Assembly (NCBI GenBank): GCA_965248545.1
Contig: OZ252110.1
Coordinates: 1,270,224-1,334,223, forward strand
Reading direction: 5' to 3'
Length of the DNA: 64,000 nucleotides
Source: Alteromonadaceae bacterium
Lineage (GTDB): Bacteria; Pseudomonadota; Gammaproteobacteria; Enterobacterales; Alteromonadaceae
This document shows, one piece after another, positions 9,419-17,037 of this stretch; position 1 is the stretch's first letter, and each line of letters begins with the position of its first letter. Under the pieces are notes generated by a model. It worked only from the letters and a program-made list of their open reading frames with translations. It was not told the origin of the DNA and searched no databases. The position numbers and the translations under genes are program-made.

Positions 9419-11314
9419 TTATATCGAAAACCGCTGCTGTCGACGTGTGGCTATGCATAACGCAGCAAGAAGGATACAAACGAACCCAATACTGCCGCCC
9501 GAGTCACTATCTTTCTTTGCGGAGGGCTGATTCACAATCAAATTAATCGCCACACTGACTGATTCGCCAGCCCTGTCGGTCGCGACAATGTCGATTCTGT
9601 AGGTGCCGCTTTGCACAACTGATCCGGATAACATGCCTTGTTCTGATAACGCAAGCCCTGCGGGTAATGTCTGACTTGAGAACGTTAAGGTATCGTCTGC
9701 GTCAATATCTTCTATATATTGAGCCACGTCACGCGAAATAGCTGCGCTCTGAGCTGCGACTATATCGCTAACCACGGTGTTTTCCTTTAAGCGAGGCGCA
9801 TCATTAACATTGATCACTTCAATGCTGAAAATAGGCAGTTCGTCCCCATTGGTACCGTCTGTGCTGGCAATCAAAATATCAGTATAAATACCGACATTGC
9901 TGTTGTTTGGCTGGCCACTCAATTGTCCATCAGTTGGGTTGAATTCCGCCCATTCTGGCTTGTTTTGAATTGAGAAAGACACATTTTCTAAATTGCCAGG
10001 ATATTCAACGCTGGGTAGGAAAGTATAGGTTGCATCTTGATCAACCTGCCCATCAGGATCGCCGGAGATGATAGGTACAGAATCTGAAATTAACGGATTG
10101 CTGTCACTGCCATCAGGCAGCCCATCCCCGTCTGTATCGGGATTGTTAGGGTCGGTACCTATTTGGTATTCGGCTAGGTTATTTAACTCATCTGAATCTG
10201 GGTCTTGAGTCGCGTCGGCTTGCAGTGGATCGAGGCCATTGCCGACTTCAAATCCGTCTGGCATCAAGTCTCCATCAGAATCTGCATTGAGTGGGTCAGT
10301 TTGAGTAGTATTAACTTCTTCGCCGTCGCTTAATCCATCTTGGTCCGAATCAGGGTTGTCTGGATCAGTGCCATAGAGGTTGTTTTCGTCGTCATCTGAC
10401 AACCCATCACCATCACTGTCGACTCCAGATTTCATTATGCGCAACACATTAGTAGCGCCGTTAAGGCCACCTTCTTGGTTAGCAACCACGCGTTCAGTTC
10501 CCGAACCGTCAAGTGCGGCACGAACAACAGATTGTCGCGTGGTGAACAAGAAATGTTGCTCGCCGTCGCGCTCCATGCCTGCAGGCAAATTTGAGGTGTA
10601 TAGCGTCTCAACAAAGGTGCCGTTATTGGCATTAAAAACTAAGATGTTATTACTGCGCTCTGAAGTAACCAACATGCGATTACCGTCAAATAATATACTC
10701 CGTGGCGCATCCATTCCGTTACTACCTTGCGCAATGAATGTTTCGACTTCTTTGGAGTCAATATTAACCCGTACAATGTTGTCTGAATCGTAGCCAGGGA
10801 TGTACAAATAGCCTCCATTCAGCGCGATGCCTGAATCGGCTCCTCGCACGCTACTGCCATTGCTTTGCAATATGGTATCGATGACTTGCCAATTCCTGGT
10901 GTCAATTTTGACCACTTTGTTTTGCGAGTAACTGGCGACGTACAGGTTGTCGTCTTCGTCATACACTGCAGCCACCGGAGTATTGATAAAACTGCCACTA
11001 CTATTGTCAATCACCACCTCAGCTTCAGATAGGGATTCACGGTCGTATTTCACGATCCTGGCATTGTTTTCACTGACAACCAAAATATCACCATCGGGAG
11101 CTTCGAGGACTTTCTGGGGGCCTGAAATAGTGCCAGAAAGATCCAGATCACGAACGAATTCTCCGCTACAACCGTCATATATTTTTACGCTGTTGTTGAA
11201 CCAACTACTGACCAAGTAAAGTGAATCGCAATTGTCATCGCCCAGTTCTTGAGCGGTTGTTTGTGACGTAACTGCAGCCATAACCAGACAAGCTGCCAAG
11301 GTAAGTTTTTTCAT
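9419..11314 (-). CDS. Secreted surface protein: beta-propeller, Ca-binding DxDxDG repeats, Ig/cadherin-like domains and a GlyGly-CTERM sorting signal
   Basis: Signal peptide (AQ-ELG), NHL/YVTN-like propeller repeats, about 5 D(S/T)DGDGL repeats, He_PIG-like LPAGLALSEQGMLSG, C-terminal DSGGSIG plus hydrophobic helix plus RRQQR. Confidence 0.8.
   Translation of the reverse strand: MKKLTLAACLVMAAVTSQTTAQELGDDNCDSLYLVSSWFNNSVKIYDGCSGEFVRDLDLSGTISGPQKVLEAPDGDILVVSENNARIVKYDRESLSEAEVVIDNSSGSFINTPVAAVYDEDDNLYVASYSQNKVVKIDTRNWQVIDTILQSNGSSVRGADSGIALNGGYLYIPGYDSDNIVRVNIDSKEVETFIAQGSNGMDAPRSILFDGNRMLVTSERSNNILVFNANNGTFVETLYTSNLPAGMERDGEQHFLFTTRQSVVRAALDGSGTERVVANQEGGLNGATNVLRIMKSGVDSDGDGLSDDDENNLYGTDPDNPDSDQDGLSDGEEVNTTQTDPLNADSDGDLMPDGFEVGNGLDPLQADATQDPDSDELNNLAEYQIGTDPNNPDTDGDGLPDGSDSNPLISDSVPIISGDPDGQVDQDATYTFLPSVEYPGNLENVSFSIQNKPEWAEFNPTDGQLSGQPNNSNVGIYTDILIASTDGTNGDELPIFSIEVINVNDAPRLKENTVVSDIVAAQSAAISRDVAQYIEDIDADDTLTFSSQTLPAGLALSEQGMLSGSVVQSGTYRIDIVATDRAGESVSVAINLIVNQPSAKKDSDSGGSIGFVCILLAALCIATRRQQRFSI
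10095..10420 (-). repeat. Intragenic Ca-binding (thrombospondin type 3-like) peptide repeats
   Basis: DSDGDGLSDDDE, DSDQDGLSDGEE, DSDGDLMPDGFE, DPDSDELNNLAE, DTDGDGLPDGSD, spaced roughly 20-24 aa apart. Confidence 0.8.
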
Positions 11315-11473
11315 CGTTGCACCTATTGAGTAAATGTCGGCTCAACGTAAAGTGTTCATGCCGTCATATACATGTAGGAGTCTTCCTTTGTCCCTCCTCA
11401 AACCTTCCTTTTTTCAATATACTGCTGAAAATTCTTAGTTTTTCTTACCGTCTTACTTGCAGGGATATCTTTC

Positions 11474-13507
11474 ATGATCAGATTCGGCCATTGGCGTTTT
11501 AATCCGGAAAATGGCGTTATTGAATCGAATGAACAATCACATAGACTGCCACCCCGGCTAGTAAAATTACTCGTACTGCTAACCCAGAACGCTCCAAATT
11601 TGGTGGAAAAGGAATCGCTAGTTGCTGAAATTTGGCAAGACAAAATCGTTAATGATGATGCACTGGCCAGAGCAATCGCGGAGCTCCGCAGACTCCTCGG
11701 TGACAGTAGCCAAACGCCCACATTCATTGAGACGGTGCCGCGTCGCGGTTATCGTTTTATTCAAACTGTTGAAAGCGGCGAACGTACCGCAAAACCGTCG
11801 CCCAAAGTACGCCATATATTTGCTATTTTGTCAGTATGCATAGTCGCAATTGGCGCTTTTTTGTGGGTACCCTCAAAACCTTCACGGGATTCGTTTAATG
11901 ACTGGCAGGCCAAGGTAAACAACGCCGAGCGCTTCACTGCTGATGCACAGTTGGAATATCAACCTGAGCTTTCACCCAGTGGTAAGTGGGTTGCCTATGG
12001 CGCAAAGGATGAACAAGGCATCATTGTCAAAATACTTGATGCTGATGGCCGAGAAAAGTTTCGTATTGAAGAGCCTGGTGCATGGGTGCTATCACCCACT
12101 TGGTCACCCGACGAGAGCGCTATCGCTGTTGCGATTGCAACGTCTGAAGAGTGCCGCGTTATTCTAGTTGCACTTCCTGAACTTAGTCGACAGTACATTA
12201 ATCATTGTAGTATCCCCAATGGCTCGGGCATTTTAGACTGGTCTGGGGATGGAAAAAGAATTGCCTTTGTGGCCAGAATTCAAAGTGAAGATAGTCAACC
12301 CAGTATCATGCTGCATGATTTGGCATCGGGTGAAATCACACGTATCACAACACCGCCAGCATCAAATGTATTCGATACCAGACCAAGGTTTAGCGTTGAC
12401 GGCGATGCGCTATTTTTTCTCAGAGGAACGCGTTCGTCGAGGGACATTTATCGGATCAAACTGAGCGACGGACAAGCTGAGCGTATGACCGACAGTAATG
12501 ATTTCAAGTTGAGTTTAGCGCGGAGTCCTTTTAGAGACGAGATTGTATTCGATAGCAACAGCAAAGGTGATCGCAATTTATGGTTGTTGTCTTTGGCTGA
12601 CTTTTCAGTCAAAAATATTGGAGCCAGAGACAGTCAGTTCCCGTCCGTGTCAGCACTAGGGCAGCTATTGTTTCAAGAAGTCCGTTATCAGGCCAATTTG
12701 TGGGCCTTTGATCTAAACTCTGGTGAGTCAAAACTACTGATTGATTCCCCAAAATACGACAACAACCCCGCTATTTCACCTGATTCATCATTGCTCGCAT
12801 ACATCAGTAATCGATATGGACGAGCGGAAATTTGGTTGAAAACGCTACCCGATGGTGAAGACCTTCGATTTTTTTCTCTACCTGATACCAATTTGGTGTC
12901 CCCAGTTTGGTCAGCGTCTGGCGACACGTTACTCATGAGTAGTCACGGTAACGATGGCTATGGGTGTTACGAATTACGATTGCAAAACAAAGAAGTGGTT
13001 AAGATAGACGGCCGAGATGATGCTATACACAATTGCCATTATGCCGCTGATGACAGTGTATTGGCCGTGCGAAAAACCGAAAATACCGTTCCTGTTTTAC
13101 TCAAAATTGATTCTCAACAGGTAACAGAGTTGACTGACTATGGCGTGAATAAAGCGATAGTGTTGCCGGATGGTCGAATTGTCTTAACCCAGACCAATAC
13201 GACAGGTTTGCACATTTTGGACTGGGAGAATCTAACAATTGAAACGCTGATTGCTGACTACCCTAATCAGAGGTCGGGTAGCTGGACAGTTGCGGATAAC
13301 AAGGTGTATTACATGCACCCTCAACACTCAGGCGAATTTTGGTCTTTGGACATGTCGACGAGTCACCAAGAAAAACTCTTGGATGGGCTCGATGTTGGTA
13401 TTGGAAACGCTATTGCAGTATCACCCGACAAGGCCACAGCAGTGATCAGCCTGAAAGGACAAACCCAAAGTACGTTATTCATCAGCAGCGATAACAACGA
13501 CGACTAG
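11474..13507 (+). CDS. CadC/ToxR-like winged-helix regulator with one TM helix and a periplasmic TolB/PD40 beta-propeller
   Basis: LARAIAELRRLLGD...FIETVPRRGYRF, TM segment, repeated SPDG/WSPD/PRFSVDG/PAISPD motifs. Confidence 0.88.
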   Translation: MIRFGHWRFNPENGVIESNEQSHRLPPRLVKLLVLLTQNAPNLVEKESLVAEIWQDKIVNDDALARAIAELRRLLGDSSQTPTFIETVPRRGYRFIQTVESGERTAKPSPKVRHIFAILSVCIVAIGAFLWVPSKPSRDSFNDWQAKVNNAERFTADAQLEYQPELSPSGKWVAYGAKDEQGIIVKILDADGREKFRIEEPGAWVLSPTWSPDESAIAVAIATSEECRVILVALPELSRQYINHCSIPNGSGILDWSGDGKRIAFVARIQSEDSQPSIMLHDLASGEITRITTPPASNVFDTRPRFSVDGDALFFLRGTRSSRDIYRIKLSDGQAERMTDSNDFKLSLARSPFRDEIVFDSNSKGDRNLWLLSLADFSVKNIGARDSQFPSVSALGQLLFQEVRYQANLWAFDLNSGESKLLIDSPKYDNNPAISPDSSLLAYISNRYGRAEIWLKTLPDGEDLRFFSLPDTNLVSPVWSASGDTLLMSSHGNDGYGCYELRLQNKEVVKIDGRDDAIHNCHYAADDSVLAVRKTENTVPVLLKIDSQQVTELTDYGVNKAIVLPDGRIVLTQTNTTGLHILDWENLTIETLIADYPNQRSGSWTVADNKVYYMHPQHSGEFWSLDMSTSHQEKLLDGLDVGIGNAIAVSPDKATAVISLKGQTQSTLFISSDNNDD

Positions 13508-13522
13508 CTGAAAACGTTAAGG

Positions 13523-14683
13523 TTACGCCATAACGACCCGATTTCGGCCGGCGAGCTTGGCCTGATATAAAGCCTTGTCTGCAATGTCAATGACCCGCTC
13601 CACGACTGCCTCTTCGGTCTTGATCACTGCTACGCCGAAACTCGCTGTTACTTGGATTTTTCTATTCTCAAAGTCAATAACAAGCGCTTCAATTTTCCGG
13701 CGCAATCGCTCTGCGACTTCCAAGGCCGATTTCGAATCCACTCTGCCGAGTAATACGACAAACTCTTCCCCGCCTAATCGTCCCAACAAGTCATCCTTTT
13801 TGATACTTTCATTCACGCGTTTGACGGTTTGAATCAATACTTCATCACCCGCCGCGTGACCGTAGCTGTCATTCAGTTTCTTGAAGTGATCAATGTCCCA
13901 ATAAATCAAACATACATACTGGGATTTACTGAGCATTTTATTAATGCGGTTTTGGGCTAAGTCGTAAAACCCTCTGCGGTTGAGGCTCTTAGTTAAAGGG
14001 TCTGTCATAGCCAAAACCTTCATCTCTTCGGAGAGATCTGACGCTAAAATAAACACAACAAATAGCCCCATCGCTGTAAACGCAACAGGCAGCGAAGCGA
14101 GATTGACCAACACGTAGTAGTTAGCGTACCTGGGGTCAGCTTCAGCCCCTTGTAACAAGGCAAATGTCGCAGCTACTGCTTGGAGAACACCAAACAATAT
14201 GTAGGAGAGCGACGTGCCAATTTCGGCAGGCAATGGTTGGGGCCTAAACCGCCAAATCACAATCCCAATCATCACCAGCATTACTGCATTGGAATAAATG
14301 TATACCGACATACGCAGGCCAACGTGAGGGTTCACCACGGTAAAATATGCAGTTACCAGAGTGGCCAAACCGCCGGCGATGAAAACGTAATAAATCGGCA
14401 ATTTAACGCCAGTTCTCAGCATATGCCCCCATGACCCTAAAATGACCGTGAGAATCGACAGGGCGCACACGATAATCCAGTACAACTCAAATGATGGGAA
14501 ATCTGCGCTGACAATATTCAGCAACTTTTGAAGGCAAACAACCAGAAAGGCGATTCCCCAAATCAGGGTATAGGGTTTTCTTCCCATAGTTGTCCACGCC
14601 ATAAAAAAAATCACGCTCAACGTCAGGCTAATCGCAATCGTTGTGAAGTGGATAAACGTGGTGGGATCCATAAGGTACTGCAT
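13523..14683 (-). CDS. Multi-TM diguanylate cyclase
   Basis: About 7 TM helices, TDPLTKSLNRRGF, DIDHFKKLNDSYGH, intact RLGGEEF. The I-site position reads KKDD, so no RxxD. Start at 14683 or 14671. Confidence 0.9.
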   Translation of the reverse strand: MQYLMDPTTFIHFTTIAISLTLSVIFFMAWTTMGRKPYTLIWGIAFLVVCLQKLLNIVSADFPSFELYWIIVCALSILTVILGSWGHMLRTGVKLPIYYVFIAGGLATLVTAYFTVVNPHVGLRMSVYIYSNAVMLVMIGIVIWRFRPQPLPAEIGTSLSYILFGVLQAVAATFALLQGAEADPRYANYYVLVNLASLPVAFTAMGLFVVFILASDLSEEMKVLAMTDPLTKSLNRRGFYDLAQNRINKMLSKSQYVCLIYWDIDHFKKLNDSYGHAAGDEVLIQTVKRVNESIKKDDLLGRLGGEEFVVLLGRVDSKSALEVAERLRRKIEALVIDFENRKIQVTASFGVAVIKTEEAVVERVIDIADKALYQAKLAGRNRVVMA

Positions 14684-14744
14684 AACGCCAAATAGAAAAG
14701 TCTGATTAAAAGATAGCCTATTGCAGGCGTTTCTCAACTTCCCT

Positions 14745-16118
14745 CTAGTGAGACGGAATTGCTATCGCATCAGATTTCACGGCATCGAGCGGTATAACCC
14801 AATACCCATTTTCAATTTTTCCATCTAACTCTGTGAGTACAACTTTGTCGACGATACTCAACCCGACTTCGGCCATCGACGCGAACGTATCGATGCCGCC
14901 ATTTGGAAAATTCCCACGTGTGCGGTGAATATTAAACTTGCTCGAAAACCTTTGATTGAAGGCTTCTTCAAGTGCTCGCTTACCGTTAATGAACCCCAGA
15001 AGGCCGCCCCAAGTTGCAGCTGGGTTGTCGGAATCCCAACCAGTCAGTACGGCAATCTTTACGGTGTTTTTATAGTCCCCTTCACCGTATAAGAGACTAA
15101 TAATACTGGCAGCAAAGTTGATACCTGAAGCGAAGCAACCATTGCAGTAAAGATCCCTAGCGGTTATGTCATAGCCATCTTGTTGCTCAACCTGATAGCG
15201 CTGATACACCCTATCGCGGGTGGTTTCCCAGGGGATTCCCTGTTCATATTGAGCCGCAACGTAATCATACATTTTGGCTGAATACGACGAATCTGGTAGC
15301 TGCTTTCTCGCTTGTTTGGCCAACCATACAATTTGCTTTTGGGGAGTGAGGCTTGGATCGATTGATGAGGCAAGTGAATGCATCACTACATAGAACTCAG
15401 CGGCCCAAGCGGCATTGTCTCTGGCTGTGGTGCGAATCGGTAAGTACGCCATTTGCAATGCGACAACCGGTTTTGTCGGCGCGTACAACCCAAAGATTTC
15501 CGTGGTTAGCTGGGCATCAATCATGTCGGTGTGCTCATTGCGATGAGGAGCGCTCGTTTCGGGTGGCAGAACCCCTTGTCTCATCAGATCATGAGCGGTT
15601 TGATTTGAGACCCATAAATAATTTTCTGGTTGTCCTTCCAAGGTTTTGAATGGAGTATTTTCGTCAGTGTATATGTGGGTTAACCAGCCATCGCGGATTT
15701 GCTCAGGTGTTAGAGTCGTTGTTTGATGTTTGGCAAGCAGAAATTGATACATGTATTCGATATCGGTGTCATCATCCGCTCCCCAAATCTGGGTTTCATC
15801 CCGGATAACCCAATCAATGGTTTCTGACAAATCACTGGGAATACCCTGCCCCCATATACTCGGTAAATCGGGTTTACCCCAATCATCGCGAGTGTAAAAT
15901 TGACCGTGAATACCTTCGCCACCAATCTTATCCATTTCGGTGATCAGCCCTGTCCAATTAGCGAGACTTTGACCCAACCAAAAACCTTCCAGCTTGTCTT
16001 TGTATTCGGCTTTTGAAATTTTGAGGTAACCAGCCCGGTGTTCCTGTGCTGAAGAAGCGCCTGCTGCAATGGCAAATAGTATCAGGCAAAAACTTGCGAA
16101 GCTCGAAATAGGTTTCAT
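14745..16118 (-). CDS. ADP-ribosylglycohydrolase family protein with a signal peptide
   Basis: KLEGFWLGQSLAN, metal-binding ADDDTDIE and GWDSDNPAATWGG. N-terminal MKPISSFASFCLILFAIAAGASSA signal peptide. Confidence 0.8.
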   Translation of the reverse strand: MKPISSFASFCLILFAIAAGASSAQEHRAGYLKISKAEYKDKLEGFWLGQSLANWTGLITEMDKIGGEGIHGQFYTRDDWGKPDLPSIWGQGIPSDLSETIDWVIRDETQIWGADDDTDIEYMYQFLLAKHQTTTLTPEQIRDGWLTHIYTDENTPFKTLEGQPENYLWVSNQTAHDLMRQGVLPPETSAPHRNEHTDMIDAQLTTEIFGLYAPTKPVVALQMAYLPIRTTARDNAAWAAEFYVVMHSLASSIDPSLTPQKQIVWLAKQARKQLPDSSYSAKMYDYVAAQYEQGIPWETTRDRVYQRYQVEQQDGYDITARDLYCNGCFASGINFAASIISLLYGEGDYKNTVKIAVLTGWDSDNPAATWGGLLGFINGKRALEEAFNQRFSSKFNIHRTRGNFPNGGIDTFASMAEVGLSIVDKVVLTELDGKIENGYWVIPLDAVKSDAIAIPSH

Positions 16119-16167
16119 AGCAGTGCCTTTATGCGGAACATTCATACTCTAGCGATTATTGTCACAA

Positions 16168-16449
16168 TTAATCAGAACTGTTTAGCAACCCAGAACTAAA
16201 ACCGAATCCACCCACGCCCAGGACAAAGCCAAAGTCATACCATCCACCATTGTTGTATATGGCATACACAGCGATATCGTCATAAATGAGTGAGCCGATC
16301 CAAGAAAAAACGATAATCAGTCCATGCCATAATCCATACCAAAAACCGACCTTTTCCATACTCTCTGCTTGCGCGAAGGAAACACTATCAGCGCAGCCAG
16401 AAAGTGCGAGTGCAACCAATACTACGACTAAAATTTTGGGCATTTTCAA
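16168..16449 (-). CDS. Small hypothetical membrane lipoprotein
   Basis: Lipobox LSGC followed by aromatic/Gly-rich hydrophobic stretches (GFWYGLWHGL, GGWYDFGFVLG). Confidence 0.7.
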   Translation of the reverse strand: MKMPKILVVVLVALALSGCADSVSFAQAESMEKVGFWYGLWHGLIIVFSWIGSLIYDDIAVYAIYNNGGWYDFGFVLGVGGFGFSSGLLNSSD

Positions 16450-16518
16450 TCCCTCGTTATATTTAACTATGTGTATATTACTACACGCTTTTTGAACAGT
16501 GTTTTGACCAACATATAG

Positions 16519-16803
16519 CTAAAACCCATAGGGTGTCGCGATAACAAAAAACACGACTGCAATTGATGCTATTCCTGTTGTAATTAACCCGTTTTTCTTT
16601 GACCTAAGCCATCCCGACAAACCAATACTGGCAATTAAGCTGAGAAAACCAAGCCCGTAGCCAATCAGCATGCCGTTCCATAGAACCTGGACGACGGTTG
16701 CGTTTACCGGCATTGGAAACTCCGGATGAAGTAGAATTGTTAACCGCCATGCAGCGACCACTGCGATGAGTAAACAACTGGCCGCTAGCGCTGAAGAAGA
16801 CAC
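16519..16803 (-). CDS. Hypothetical three-TM membrane protein
   Basis: 94-aa hydrophobic ORF co-oriented with its neighbours. GTG start uncertain. Confidence 0.5.
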   Translation of the reverse strand: MSSSALAASCLLIAVVAAWRLTILLHPEFPMPVNATVVQVLWNGMLIGYGLGFLSLIASIGLSGWLRSKKNGLITTGIASIAVVFFVIATPYGF

Positions 16804-17037
16804 GAGTCTAAAAAAAGCCTATCAGACGTCAAACTATTCGCCAATAACAGATGGTCCAAGCATCCGGAATTTCTGCACCAACCCGGAAAACTACACTTTT
16901 TGACAGTCTCTTATAGATTTTGACAGCTCATTACACTCCTAAACACAAACCCAACACATACCTACAACGGTCTTTATTCATAGCATCTAGGATACTTTCG
17001 GTGCGATTGCATTGCCGATTAAAACAAAGGATTTGCT

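Noticed and set aside
16804-16820. Phase-variable or frameshifting A7 tract just upstream of the small membrane ORF
   Set aside because: The alternative frames I tried gave no convincing extended protein, and a 7-nt run is unremarkable.
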